From the NCBI GenBank assembly GCA_964187785.1, contig OZ076409.1, positions 31,498,001-31,562,000 on the forward strand: a DNA stretch of 64,000 nt, written 5' to 3'. The stretch is from Amphiscolops sp. MND2022. Lineage: Eukaryota. Below, piece by piece: positions 1-13,625 of this stretch; the first letter of the stretch is position 1, and each line of letters begins with the position of its first letter. The translations under genes and the position numbers were made by a program. The notes under the pieces are model-generated. The model saw only the letters and a list, made by a program, of their open reading frames with translations, had not been told where the DNA came from and made no database searches.

Positions 1-171
1 ATATTTAGTATAATTATCAATAATGGGAAAATTAAATTTGAAGTTTTTGTTGTATTTGCTTAAACTTGAGTGGTCAGTTAAATCGATAGACCAACATTCA
101 TCTTTATATTGAGGAATTATTTCGAGACGATCAATCTTTCTAATTACAGGAGCAAAGACTTCTTTAGCCAT
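1..171 (-). mobile_element. N-terminus of a Polinton/Maverick-type integrase (rve) ORF, runs off the window
   Basis: Hand translation from ATG at 171: MAKEVFAPVIRKIDRLEIIPQYKDECWSIDLTDHSSLSKYNKNFKFNFPIIDNYTKY. This fits the Polinton integrase pattern (helix-P-V-x-K...W-x-x-D-L-x-D...N-K-x-Y/F-K-Y/F...I-D-x-x-S/T-K-Y). Too short for the ORF track. Confidence 0.75.
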
Positions 172-1164
172 TTTTTTTCGATTCATTATTCATTCTTTAT
201 TTAATTGGAAATTATTTCATTCATAGACAATTTTAATTTTCATCTTTGTCATTGCGTTAAAATAACTCATTTCCGAAAAAAACTGTGAAAATCTATCTTT
301 ACACTTGTTTTGATACTATTGCTGGGTTGATTATATTACACATGCAGTATGTGTTTGATTATCTACAACTTTCGTCTCTGAAGTTTTTCTCTAAAACAAT
401 CTCCTGTTGAGATATAGAGCAAGTTATCTTTTCCATCATGATTATGTCTGTATTAAGATTAGGAATAAAAACTATCAATATATGGATTTTTCAGATACTG
501 TGTTATCTACTTATAATCCCGTGTGCTGCATCAAACTGACTGGTATTGGCTAGCTGGTAGTTTCTGGTATCTGGTATTTTTTCTTAGATGTTTGTATATT
601 TGATCTTGTTTCATTGTTATTGCCGCTTCAGATATTTCTACTTTGAAATATGCTTATTTTTGATGACTACAAGTAGTAAGAGGAATCGATCCTTAGATGA
701 AATTGAGAACATCAAAATTTGGTGTTTCGTCCCAAACAATTTTTGATGTTTTAATTTGGCCAAAGTTTTCGATGTCCTCAATTTGGCCTGTTGTGTTATA
801 AGGAGGGAATCCTCTTACTACGGCTATCCATAAGTTGAAAAAACTTTTTTAGATGGAATATTTGTAAAAAAAATATCATTTTCTGGGGATCAATTGAAAA
901 AAACCTGATATTAAGTCTTGATATGAATCGATAATACATATCAAATCAATATCACCTATCACTAGATTTGTATTGAGTTGAACTTCAGTAGGGATGGCTT
1001 GGTCCAATTATTATTTTCCGACGCCACATTTTAAAATGGGGGAGAAAAATCATGATCTTTGACGCGTTTTTTTTCTCCAAATTTTGTCAAATCTCCACAT
1101 TTTGATTACTTGACTATTTTATATAGCTACTAGTTACTAAAATAGTCAAGTAACTAAAATAGCA

Positions 1165-1312
1165 TAAAGCGGGAATAATAAGAAAAAGGGAATAAAAAGT
1201 CAAAAAAGGGAATAAGATCTAAAATTTCAGGGCTGGAATTAGATCTAAAAGGAATAAGATCTAAAATCACTAACTTTTAGATCTTATTCTTCAGATCCTA
1301 TTCCCCCCCTCC
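1165..1312. repeat. Short element built from direct and inverted copies of GAATAAGATCTAAAA (MITE-like)
   Basis: Three direct copies of (g)aataagatctaaaa or a variant at ~1210-1266, followed by inverted ttttagatcttattc (~1275-1289). Confidence 0.5.
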
Positions 1313-1631
1313 CAAAATAGCTATGGCCCAGTTGGTGAAGGCGAACAGGGCGGAAAATATCCCGGTGCTTAGCGGGCGTCTTGTTGTTGATTCTAAAATG
1401 TTTTTAGCTTCATTTTGGGTATTCCATTCGATGAGCCAAGCAATGGTGAAGCATCATCTAAATCAGCCGGAGTTGCATACATCTGGATTGGAAATAAAGC
1501 GCCAGAGTATCTCAAATGCGTGGCCACTAAAGACGCCAACAAAATTCTTGCATCCAAGGTTTCTGCATAATCAATTTTGTCGATGAATCATTAGTTCAAG
1601 TAACAGTGTTTAATTCAAACATGTGCAAGTA

Positions 1632-1814
1632 CAGTCGAACTCGGATAAAAGAAACTCATTGGGCGGTGAGAAAAGGGTTTCTTTTATCAGTTGTCCTATT
1701 AACGTAGAAAGTTTGGCTTGCATAAAATCGGAGGAGTGAAAACGTTTCTTATATCCGAATGTTTCTTTTATCCGTGTTTCTTTTATCCGTGTTTCTTTTA
1801 TCCGAGTTCTACTG
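1632..1814. mobile_element. Tc1/mariner-pogo (Tigger-like) MITE
   Basis: TA|CAGTCGAACTCGGATAAAAGAAAC ... GTTTCTTTTATCCGAGTTCTACTG|TA: 24-bp TIR with 1 mismatch, TA target duplication, internal 15-bp subterminal repeats. Confidence 0.85.
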
Positions 1815-2051
1815 TAGTTAACAAAGCACCCTGTTTTGAGGATTATGGTCTGTGTTGTCTGCTGTATATTACAAATTTCAGTTCAATCCACTTGTTTTAG
1901 TCTCTCACTTCTTTTTCTTATCAATTACCGAGCTTTGTCAATAACTTTGGCATGATCCCACGAATCTAGCTAAGTTTATGAAATATGACTTTTCTTTAGC
2001 GAATCAAATAGCGCCAACGTTTCATGTTCTGTGAAGTTTTTGGTCGTTCAG

Positions 2052-3333
2052 AAGTTCACTATTCAAGAAGTGATGGAAACCTGCGAACCAGATGTGGAAC
2101 TCTTCTGGCAGTTTCTGGGCGGAAAGCAGGAATATGAAAAGAACAATGACTACATGTCAAGTGTGCAGCTCTTCAGGTGCTCCAACACCCACGGATACTT
2201 TGGCGTGTCGTCGAAATACATCGACTTTTGTCAGGTGAGAACACATGCTTCCAGTATCTCAAAAGGACATTCTTTGACTAAAATAATCTCAACGAAACCA
2301 AATCCTTGTTATGTGATTGTACTGCAATAAAATAATTCAATTTTTATCAATGAAGCTTGTGAGAAAAAAGGGCAAACTGTATCGAATTAACTCGGCCTCG
2401 TTTTTCCCAAAATTTGCCAATGCTCCATTTTCATATGCAAAAGAGTTCAGCTGCCATCAAATAAGTCCGTAGCATGTGTATTCGTGTAGATATTTGAAGT
2501 TTTTAAAAAAAATGGCTAATAAAAAATTCCCATAAATGGCTAATTGTCTCAAAAATGCAAAAATTTGTGTTATGCAATTTTGGTTCTATTTTTGACGGTT
2601 TTCGATTATATGAATATTAACAGAGCTATTTCAGCTACTTACCGTACTCTTTCTTTTATAGAGAAATTTGATGTTTTGTTTGAAAGGAAGGGCGAAATAT
2701 GACCCGAAAAAACCGTAAAAACTTGAAAATTATGAACTTTTTGTGCAAGTTTTGTAGCGTATTGGCTACACCCACGCCCTGAAGTATGCTGTCGCTAAAA
2801 TAATTTAGACCGGAAAGTATCCCGTCTTGTAATTGATCATTTTCATTACTTTCAAATTTGTGATGCGAGATCAGACATGAAATTTTGTGAGATCAGACAT
2901 GAAATGTTGTGTTTAAACTGTAGTTTCGTTTGAAATGTTCTCGAGTCCATCGATTGTGAATATTGAACTGTTTGTTATCTTCTCTTTCTCTCAAGTGGAT
3001 GTACTGAAAATGGTTGAATGCCATTTTGCGAAATTGCTGATATTGTTGGCCCTATTGTCGACGGATGCATAGTTTGAACCATTTTAGTCGGACCTCTCAA
3101 CCGGAGACGTGATGATATTGGACACTGGATTTAACGTGTTTCTGTGGATGGGCGAGAACTCTTCTGACACCGTAGTCAGACTGGCATACAAGTCTGCCAT
3201 AATGTATATGCAACATATGAAACGCCATAAACCAGCCAAGCTGATTGCCACCAAAAAGAACTTCGAACCTTTCGACTTCCAGAAAGTGTTCCACGGCTGG
3301 GCTCCGTGGCCAGCTCCTAAATTTATTCGCTGA
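2052..3333 (+). CDS. FLII: Protein flightless-1 homolog (gelsolin family), last two coding exons 2052-2234 and 3088-3333
   Basis: GT-AG phase-0 intron (cag|gtgaga at 2234; tttag| at 3087) joins ...LFWQFLGGKQEYEKNNDYMSSVQLFRCSNTHGYFGVSSKYIDFCQ|SDLSTGDVMILDTGFNVFLWMG...FHGW. This matches the flightless-I C-terminus (LFRCSNEKGYF...DFCQDDL..DDIMLLD...FHAW). Stop at 3331-3333; AATAAA at 3405-3410. Upstream exons are not in the window. Confidence 0.85.
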
Positions 3334-3450
3334 ACCTGAAAGTGCTGTGTTGTGAATTGAACGTTTTCGCTTTCCTCCCTCTAACCACCTACCAACCATA
3401 CTGTAATAAATGAATTGGACCTCTGGTTGTAAAAATTGATTTGGGTTCGA

Positions 3451-4388
3451 TTTAAGGAGACCAAAATCTACTGAACAAAAAATTATTTTCGAAAACTGTA
3501 AAACTAAAAGTTTAACAAATTTTAACGTTGATTACAAACCAGAAAGTGTGCATTTTACTACTGCTTTCGTTTCTAATTTATTTTAGTTCAAATCTCGAAA
3601 GCCTTGAGAGTTAAAAAATGCGTTTTTAGTCGGCGCTTTTCTTGAAAAGAGCCGAATATAGTCATGGCTTTTCGTCAGTGTTTTTTTTCGATACACCTGA
3701 AGTGACCAAAATAGTTCTACAATTTCTACAAAATTTAATGGTGTCAAATTTAACCATCAAAAAGGTTTTTCGTTTTTTTTCCGCGTAACATTCAGTACCG
3801 GGCCAGACTAAAGTTTTATTTTCTTGAACGTATGCATAATACAATATGGCAATTATCAAAATATTAAAGAAACAAAACGTCCAAGCAGGACAGAAAAGGA
3901 GCATAATCAGCTCTTCGAGTTTCTGCCGTGGACATTAGAGAACCAAATAGGACATTAGGTCCCCCTTCTAGTTTTTTCGGCATTGTTGGACCTTTTTCCA
4001 AAAAAAAATCATCCCCAAAGGGCCCCTTCTATTTTTTCGGAGTTTAGCGACAGAATGGATGTTGAAAAATCCCAAAGGGACCCCCTTTCAGGTTTTTTCG
4101 GCATTGTAACTTTTTCAAAAAAAAATATAAAAGCGTCCTCAATTCACCAATATTTTGACATTTCGAAGTATCTTTTCAGCGTGCTCTTATTCCAATTTCT
4201 ATAGTGTAGCTGATGGGTCAAACATGTTTGAGTCCAATATCTATTATTTCTGCTTTTTTCCTGCCATCAAATGCTCCTCCAAAGCAAATGGATAGCCTGA
4301 TATCAAATTTCATGTCCAAGATTCATCGTGACTTCATGTGAATCATTTCATGTTGTTCAAGTTAGAAATTGCTCATAATTTTTGTTGC
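3451..4388. repeat. ~0.93-kb interspersed repeat, copy 1 of 3
   Basis: Near-identical to 9515-10489 and 10511-11252 (same spurious ORFs at 3662 and 10692; 3983 and 10030). Confidence 0.9.
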
Positions 4389-5373
4389 CATCTCATTAAA
4401 AAGTTTTGATGTAACCCTTTATTGGAGATTGCTTTATAAAAAATTTGCTTATTTGTTACTGAAACTAATCATGATGTTGATTATACGAAATAGTTCCTAA
4501 TTGAAGTTTATTGCAGCTGTATGTTCTTGTCATTTACTTACTATTTAAGAATGTTTCTACTTGTGATTCTCACGACCATTAGTTGAAGCTTGCAAACCAA
4601 TCCAAAGGGTCTGGTGTCCATTGTTAAATGGTATACATGGATATTCGAGCCATTTGGATACAAGGGCCATTCGAGCGAAACCAAAGTGGCAGAGATCAAT
4701 TGTACTGCTCAAACGTTCACCTCGAACTCGTCAACATCAACTGTTTACAGCTAGATACAGCTTGGTCATTAAATCATAATCGTCTTCTAAATTTCCTGTA
4801 CATCGAAGTCAGGCCACTTGCCTTCTGTCGTTAGTTACTTTCAGAAATACAACAGTAAGCTAACGTTTCGAACTTCAACTACAAGGCTCTATTAAATGGT
4901 TTAGAAGGTCAGCGGGGTTGCAAAAATTGATTGTAGCTTCAATTAATTGATTAGCAGTTAGGTACCGGTGCATGCTATTGATGGCTTTTAATTGAGAAGT
5001 AACGAGAAATCTGGTCACTAGTTCACCAAGTAATATTCATTTTTTCAAACCAACGGCATCCTCGAAGAAATTTTTCATCCTCTACAAAGATATGTATTGA
5101 AGGATGAAAGACGGCGACTGTTACCCATGAATTTTGAATATATTTTTTTCGGCCCGGAAAAATTACACAATTGTGGTTCAGTGAAGTTATGAATGGAAAT
5201 TATTTTGAAATTTTTTCCCTTATCAACGGTAACTTTTAAGTGGAAGCACTGATCAATTGCATTTGATGTTGATAAAGTTTATAGTCTATTTAATATTCGT
5301 TTATTTTTATATTCTAAAAGTATTCGTTTCTTAAGGAACAAAAAATCTCATTTTTAGCGAGGAAAAATAGATA

Positions 5374-5534
5374 CAGTGGATCCCCGTTATAGTGAACCTC
5401 TGGGGACCGCTCACCGCTGCTCACTATATCCGGGATTCACTATAAGCGGGCTAAGCTGAAAACCGTTAGCAAATAATCGGGACCGCGCTATGCGTTCACT
5501 ATAAGCAGGATCCTACTATAACCGGGATCCACTG
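5374..5534. mobile_element. pogo/Tigger-like MITE
   Basis: TA|CAGTGGATCCCCGTTATAG ... CTATAACCGGGATCCACTG|TA; TIRs, TA TSD, internal repeats of cactata. Confidence 0.85.
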
Positions 5535-5878
5535 TACTAGACGCTGGTAAAACATGAAAATTGGATATTTTTTGTAATCATTCAGCTTTTTTGATAGTTT
5601 ATCACCAAATAACCGAACTTCTGCTTCTTTTCGATTGAGATATGATGATATCGATTTCCGATAGTGTGTACTTCGATTTGAAAAGCGGTCTATCTGAATG
5701 GCTGACATCTCCGAATTTTATCAGATCTTGTATCAGAATTGTTTTATGTTCTGCCATACGGGATGTGGGGTCTGACTCCGACCATTGTCGAATATTCACA
5801 TCTTTTCAATTCGAATGACAGAATTACCGTTTTCAGAATAGCATTACGATCCAACATGTTAAATCTTGACGTTTTATC

Positions 5879-6362
5879 CAGAGCATGGAACCGCTACTTG
5901 TGATCGCTATTCCCTACCAGAAGTGAAAACGGCCTCGCTACTCCCTCTTTTTTCCTTTCGCTTCTTTTGGACTAATCCTTGTAACAAAAGTGAATGTCAA
6001 TAATTGTCCATATTTTACCATGAGTAAATGACACACTGTATCACTTTGTAAAGGTTCATGTTTTGGACGCTGAATGTCACCTGCTATCGAAAATAACCTT
6101 TCGATTGCTGCATCCCTTGGACTGGTAGCCAAAACTTGCTCCAGAAGTTTTGCCAGTCCGTTCTACGGCACACTGGACTAATATTAAGCTGTTGAAAGAT
6201 AATATCAGACTCAATTACATATTAAATTCTTTCTTTTCACATACATTGATTCACACTAAATGTATTCACACTTACACTGCTCGCTCGCTACCCAGGAATT
6301 TTTTTCTAGGAGCGACTCGCTGCTTTCTATCGCCGCTCCTCGCTACCGCTTTCCATGCTCTG
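5879..6362 (-). mobile_element. Internally deleted hAT DNA transposon retaining the transposase C-terminal dimerisation domain
   Basis: 12-bp TIR CAGAGCATGGAA...TTCCATGCTCTG. Minus-strand peptide GLAKLLEQVLATSPRDAAIERLFSIAGDIQRPKHEPLQSDTVCHLLMVK is hATC-like (ERLFSxAG). Subterminal cgct repeats; 8-bp TSD degenerate (gttttatc/gtttccgc). Confidence 0.75.
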
Positions 6363-6885
6363 GTTTCCGCCATATGGTTTTACATCTTGTCAAGAAGTAT
6401 GGGGTCGCCATGTCTCAATTACTAACGCTGTTTTTGAATTACATTTCGTGCCAGTGCAAAGTTGAAAGGTAATATAAATTTCGGAACTATTTGCATATTT
6501 GTATGAGAATTCACGTTTATTGAGACTTTAGTTTATTCATTTCCATATTTTTCCTTTAATTTTATTCTAAGGAGGTATTAGCAGAATATACGAAAAATAT
6601 CGCAGTGCCGCTGCCCCTCTTGTGATTAATGTCCAATTAATAAATGATAACACTCGCCTTTTAGTACCACCAGTCAACCGAATCTGAGAATGTTAGAAAT
6701 TCTTACCCGGCAATATGGTGCTTAAATGTCTCGCATTGTAAAACGTTCTCCTGGAATGTGATTCAACAAGACGCGCAGTGGCACTGCTATTTTTAGGACT
6801 CGGAAAAAATTTTCGACTACTTATGCAATCGTGTTGTTTTTTTTTGTTTTTTTTTCTCCCGACCTTTTCATGAAAATTTCAAATT

Positions 6886-7563
6886 TCTCAAAAACTGTCC
6901 ATACGATTTTCACGAAGTTTTGCACAGTCATTCTACACCCAAAGGGGCCCCTGCGTGTGCAAAGGCATCAAAATCGTATGGCTGGGATGTGAGAAACATA
7001 GCCAAAATTAGCCCAAAAATGGCCAAAAAACAGCCATTTTTCGACTTTTTTCGATTTTCTCAAAAACTGTCCATACGATTCGAACGAAATTTTCTACAGA
7101 TATTCTACACCATATTAGAGTCCTATATGTGCAATGGCATCAAAATCGTATGGCTGGGATGTGAGAAACATAGCCAAAATTAGCCCAAAAATGGCCAAAA
7201 AACAGCCATTTTTCGACTTTTTTCGATTTTCTCAAAAACTGTCCATACGATTCGAACAAAATTTTCTACAGATCTTCTACACCATATTAGAGTCCTATAT
7301 GTGCAATGGCATCAAAATCGTATGGCTGGGATGTGAGAAACATAGCCAAAATTAGCCCAAAAATGGCCAAAAAACAGCCATTTTTCGACTTTTTTCGATT
7401 TTCTCAAAAACTGTCCATACGATTCGAACGAAATTTTCTACAAATATTCTACACCATATTAGAGTCCTATATGTGCAATGGCATCAAAATCGTATGGCTG
7501 GGATGTGAGAAACATAGCCAAAATTAGCCCAAAAATGGTCAAAAAAGGGCCATTTTTCGACTT
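6886..7563. repeat. Tandem repeat, 172-bp unit, ~4 copies
   Basis: Repeated unit ttctcaaaaactgtccatacgatt...; duplicated ORFs at 7134 and 7306 are offset by exactly 172. A ~40-bp direct repeat (tcggaaaaaatttcgactacttatgcaatcgtg) lies at ~6800 and ~8154. Confidence 0.95.
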
Positions 7564-9514
7564 CAGAAAAAAAGTCCTAAGCCGACTCCTTTACCGCACA
7601 TGCGGCTCTGGTTTCGTATACAACATAAATTTCAAGGGGGATATTTCAGGGTAATGAAAATACTTTTTTCAATTTTTAATAGCATAGAAACCTGCTAGTT
7701 TTCGAAACATTTTGTTCGACTGAGTCGCACAGTGCTGAAATTACCCGAAAGTCGCACAGACTCAAAAAATTTCACAATTTCCGTGAAAACTTTCATTAGT
7801 CTCACAAGACTAAAAGTAGCCAAAGAGGTCACCTTAAACATTCGGAAAACAATTTTCCTTACCAGAAAACCTCAAAAACCCAAAAATTGTGTGGAAAAAG
7901 TTTCAAGAAAATGCGGGATTTCAAAAAATTCAGAAAAAATGTTTAGTGCCAAAAAACCCTATGAACCTCTAAAAACGCTTTTTCATAACACAAATCAAAG
8001 TGATCCTTCGGTTAAAAAGTTAAGAGAAAAGTCGCATGTGACAAAGAAACCCCAAATGGACTTAGTCTTTTGGTATACGCATAAGACAGGAAAACCACTT
8101 TTCCTCTTACTGGAGACTTTGAAAAAACAAAAATTGCGGAAAATTTTTAGGAGTCGGAAAAAAATTTCGACTACTTATGCAATCGTGCTGTTTTTCATTA
8201 CGAGACCTATCCCGGTAACGAACTAGCAGCATCCTGCTAGTTCGATTTTTGCCCAATCAGAGCGCGAATATTTTTTTGGAAGTTTTACACTTGTCACACA
8301 TTACACGCATTGATAAGTCATTACACTAGTTGACACAGCGTCGTAAATTGACCAGTTTACACCATCAGAAATTAAAATAATTGACTAGTTTACACCAATC
8401 ATCGTTTCTACGCAATTTGACTACCTACACAGTGCATCTCATCATTACACATAGTTCTGGTAATTACGGGTTGTTCTTGTGAGTTACACAGGCCGACTCA
8501 CAACTACACGGCTTGATTCGCATACACAGTATCTATCAGTCAATCTTATTACATTAGTAGGACTATAATTAGTAGTACTGGTAAATAGACACTGACAGTG
8601 CTCATAGAAGTGCTCACGACAGGAACCAAAAGTACCAAGTTCAATAAGTTGATGACCGATCAATCGCCCATTTAGAATATACGTACATGCGTATTTTTTC
8701 ACTGCAAGAATTTGTAATCAGTTCATTGTTTCATGATTAATTATTGAAATGATTTTGATCAGCAAAAACCCATTTTTGTTTTCAGGTTGATGAAATTTCA
8801 GGTTTGTTAGGCTATTTCGATGATGCTCGCCTCGGAATAGTGACCTACTTTTTTTGTTTGGGGGGACTTTATTGGGGGGTGTTGTTCGATAAGAAACAGT
8901 GTTTATGTGAGGGGGGATAAGGCACATGGTCCAAGCTTCGTTTTTAGTTCCCATAATTCATAATTGGTATTCCATACACTATTGTTTCCAGTTTGATAAA
9001 ATTTCAACTTCGTATAGACTAAATGTAACAACTTTTCTTGATGTTGCTCACGACAGGGATCAAAATTCTGTTAATACCATCGATCAAAATACCCTGACCA
9101 TTGAATGATCGCTTAGCAACTATTGATGAGACCTACCCACGGACTTATTGACTGCGCCACCATCTCCAACTCTCCGTTGCTTTGCAAACGTTCATAAACT
9201 TTGTAAACATACAAATGTACGTTATTCAACTCTTTAGAGGATTATTTTAATGACTAACATTTGATGTTAGTTGATGATGTTCATTATGCTGGATATAATT
9301 TGTTTTAAGTTTGTAAGTTTGTTCATTTATTTTTCTGAATAACCCTTAATCATGATTATAAAATAATTTCATTTTTGAAATTTTGGAAACTTTTGTACAC
9401 ATATGTACGTTATACAATTCTTTAAAGTATTAATTAAAACTACTAACATTCATTTTTGTGAAGATGTAAACTTTTCATTCAAACAATTTAACTTTTTTCT
9501 CGGAAAAAATTCAA

Positions 9515-11252
9515 TTTAAGGAGACCAAAATCTTCTGAACCAAAAATTATTTTCGAAAACTGTAAAACTAAAAGTTTAACAAATTTTAACGTTGATTACA
9601 AACACTTTTGTTGGAAAATTCTGAGATCAATATACAAAATTTTAGAAAGTGTGCATTTTACTACTGCTTTCGTTTCTAATTTATTTTAGTTCGAATCTCG
9701 AAAGCCTTGAGAGTTTAAAAATGCGTTTTTAGTCGGCGCTTTTCTTGAAAAGAGCCGAATATAGTCATGGCTTTTCGTCAGTGTTTTTTTTCGATACACC
9801 TGAAGTGACCAAAATAGTTCTACAATTTCTACAAAATTTAATGGTGTCAAATTTAACCATCAAAAAGGTTTTTCGTTTTTTTCCGCGTAACATACAGTAC
9901 CGGGCGAGACTAAAGTTTTATTTTCTTGAACGTATGCATAATACAATATGGCAATTATCAAAATATTAAAGAAACAAAACGTCCAAGCAGGACAGAAAAG
10001 GAGCATAATCAGCTCTTCGAGTTTCTGCCGTGGACATTAGAGAACCAAATAGGACATTAGGTCCCCTTTCTAGTTTTTTCGGCATTGTTGGACCTTTTTC
10101 CAAAAAAAATCATCCCCAAAGGGCCCCTTCTATTTTTTCGGAGTTTTGCGACAGAATGGATGTTGAAAAATCCCAAAGGGACCCCCTTTCAGGTTTTTTC
10201 GGCATTGTAACTTTTTCACAAAAATTCATAAACGGGTCCTCAATTCACCAATATTTTGACATTTCGAAGTATCTTTTCAGCGTGCTTTTATTCCAATTTC
10301 TATAGTGTAGCTGATGAGTCAAACATGTTTGAGTCCAATATCTATTATTTCTGCTTTTTTCCTGCCATCAAATGCTCCTCCAAAGCAAATGGATAGCCTG
10401 ATATCAAATTTCATGTCCAAGATTCATCGTGACTTCATGTGAATCATTTCATGTTGTTTAAGTTAGAAATTGCTCATAATTTTTGTTGCTTTTTTTTAAC
10501 GTTGCTCAATTTTTAACGTTGATTACGAACACTTTTGTTGGAAAATTCTGAGATCAATATACAAAATTTTAGAAAGTGTGCATTTTACTACTGCTTTCGT
10601 TTCTAATTTATTTTAGTTCATATCTCGAAAGCCTTGAGAGTTTAAAAATGCGTTTTTAGTCGGCGCTTTTCTTGAAAAGAGCCGAATATAGTCATGGCTT
10701 TTCGTCAGTGTTTTTTTTCGATACACCTGAAGTGACCAAAATAGTTCTACAATTTCTAAAAAATTTAATGGTGTCAAATTTAACCATCAAAAAGGTTTTT
10801 CGTTTTTTTTCCGCGTAACATACAGTACCGGGCGAGACTAAAGTTTTATTTTCTTGAACGTATGCATAATACAATATGGCAATTATCAAAATATTAAAGA
10901 AACAAAACGTCCAAGCAGGACAGAAAAGGAGCATAATCAGCTCTTCGAGTTTCTGCCGTGGACATTAGAGAACCAAATAGGACATTAGGTCCCCTTTCTA
11001 GTTTTTTCGGCATTGTTGGACCTTTTTCCAAAAAAATCATCCCCAAAGGGCCCCTTCTATTTTTTCGGAGTTTTGCGACAGAATGGATGTTGAAAAATCC
11101 CAAAGGGACCCCCTTTCAGGTTTTTTCGGCATTGTAACTTTTTCACAAAAATTCATAAACGGGTCCTCAATTCACCAATATTTTGACATTTCGAAGTATC
11201 TTTTCAGCGTGCTTTTATTCCAATTTCTATAGTGTAGCTGATGGGTCAAACA
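9515..11252. repeat. Two tandem copies (9515-10489, 10511-11252) of the ~0.93-kb repeat also at 3451-4388
   Basis: Direct sequence comparison. Confidence 0.9.
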
Positions 11253-12041
11253 AGGAATTCCATATGTCAGATTAAACTTTTCCATGAAAGAAACTAGCAA
11301 AACGTTACAGCTTGATAACAAAAACTTAATTATTTTCTGTTGACCGAACCTTGGCCGCATGGGACTTTCTCTGGTGTCTTTCGATGAGACGTTGATAGCG
11401 TAGTCGGCAGTGTTGCCATTTGATATTAACTGAAAAAATTCCAGGATGTCACTCATGAGTTATTCACCATTCAATATTGTATGAAAATAACTATGAAGTG
11501 TTAGTCAACTATCTACAGTCAACATTTCACAACAAGTCACACTACTCCAGGAAGTCACAATTCCTAATAGATAAATCATGCGACAATTGTCATAGATCAC
11601 TCAAAAGTAAATAAGGTAACAGAGGGAATGTCAACTTGATGTAGTCAAAAATTGAGCTCACGACAGGGATCAAAATTTCGACTGATGAATTTTCAGAGAA
11701 ACCGTCACGACGAAAAGATAAACTATGGAAATATAAGTTGCGTCACGGCGAAAAGATATACTATGAAAGTATACGTTGAACAGTGATTATTAGTGAACCT
11801 GTCTGAAAGAAAAAAATATAGTCTAAATCTACACTGAAATTACTTCATAACCAGATCCATAAGTTTCAGATCTGCACCTAAATGATAATGAAGCGGTCAA
11901 AGGGACCTTGTCTGTTGATCAACTTGTTCATGATGTTCCTTTTAAAAAGCATGATACTCTCACTGGCAGGCCTCCGCCGAATTATGAAAACTATGGTTTC
12001 CGACGCCAGAAACGTGCTCCGATTTATCAGACTTAACACCA

Positions 12042-13625
12042 TTGCAACGAGATATCTATGACCAAATTTTGCAGTTCCAACGCTTAGAAAAGACGAATCC
12101 GAAAGTTAATCCTGATGACAGGGACGCATTTTTGAAAAAGTTCACATGGGATTCTTGTGTGTTGACCGCTGACCAAAAACAAAAATTAGAAGAATTTCTG
12201 ATTGAATACCATGATGTATTTGCTAAACATCGTTTCGATGTTGGTTATAATACTGAACTTAAGATCAAGTTAACGCCATCAAATCCACTTCCTGTTTATG
12301 TACAAGGTCCGCCGGTGCCAATTCATCTGCGTGATGAAATTTTGATTGAGCTAGCATTACTTCAATATTACAATATAATCACAACACTCTCGCATTCAAA
12401 GTACAGTAGTCCAATATTTGCTCACCGCAAACCATCAGGACAATTACGCCTACTCATAGATCTTCGTCGCGTTAATCATCTTTTGAGGCATGATTATTTG
12501 AACAGCAATTTTCCAATTTCAAATATGACTGATGCTACCAACCATTTCGCGGGCAAACAACTCTTTTGTAAGTTAGATTGTTCACAGGCCTATCATTGCG
12601 TTCAAATGGCTGATGACCTTTCGGTTCAATTGCTAGCATTTAATTTTGGTTCGCGAACATTTGCCTATAATTGCCTAGCACAAGGTCCTAATAAATCCGT
12701 CACGGGGTTTAGTTCTTTCATCAAAAACTATTTGGATAAGTGCTTAGCGGCCAATGTTTGTACCCAATTTATGGACGACATTGCCGCAGGAGTAACATGT
12801 TTTGATGAACTTATCCCTACGTTGACAAAAATTTTTGACTGTCTTAGAGCATCAGGTCTTGAACTTTCTGCTCACAAATGTGAGTTCGGAACTACAAAAA
12901 TCGACTATTTAGGCAATACAATCACGCCTGCAGGGATCACTCCAGAATCCGATAAAATCAAGAAATTTTTGGACAAAATCCGAATGCCTGATACTGTACG
13001 TCAAGTTAAACGTCTCATTGGTTTTGTTCAATTTTTCAGAAATTTTATCCCTGACTTGAATCAAAAACTTTTACCTTTCTATAAACTTCTTCGCAAAGAC
13101 ACTGAATTTATCATTAGTAATGCTCACACGGAAGCGCTCGAAGCTTTGAAAAGGGATTCGATAAATGCGACTAACTTAACACTCCGCCTTCCAAAACCAG
13201 GTTTACAATACGTTTTGCTTTGTGACGCAAGTTATCACGGTACAGGTTTCGTTTTGATGATTGAGGACTAATTAATAGACCAAAAAGGACAACAAAAAAA
13301 ATCATACGCGCCCGTCTCCTTTGGTTCTCGACTCTTCAATGATACGCAATTGAAATTTTCAGTCTAGTTTAAGGAATTTCTTGCCTTATATTTTGCATTG
13401 GACCATTTTGCTCATTTTCTTTGGGGAGCTTCAAAACCTATCCTAGTCCTAACGGATAATCGTAGTTTAACTCAATTTTTTAAATCAAAAAGTATACATC
13501 CGCCGTTATGGAACTGTCTCGACCGTGTTCTGTTCTTTAACATTCTAATTGAGCTCATCCCTGGTAAAGCTAATTCAGCTGCGGACTTTTTGTCCCGCAT
13601 GCAAACTGACCCTAGTCTTTGCTGA
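12042..13625 (+). pseudogene. pol: Gypsy reverse transcriptase + RNase H (premature stops)
   Basis: SKYSSPIF, RLLIDLRRVN, KLDCSQAYH, FMDD, YLG, GFVQFFRNFI; RNase H LCDASYHGTGFVL, TDNRSL, IPGKANSAADFLSR. Confidence 0.95.

Noticed and set aside
225..990. Additional Polinton gene (e.g. protease) upstream of the integrase
   Set aside because: Only short stop-interrupted peptides; no catalytic motif could be read with confidence.
6886..7563. Regular repeats as a CRISPR-like array or coding repeats
   Set aside because: Whole 172-bp units repeat with no unique spacers; no cas genes; eukaryotic context. The ORFs are by-products of the repeat.
7732..8226. 164-aa Lys-rich ORF
   Set aside because: Lies in A-tract repeat DNA; composition reflects poly-A runs; no motif.
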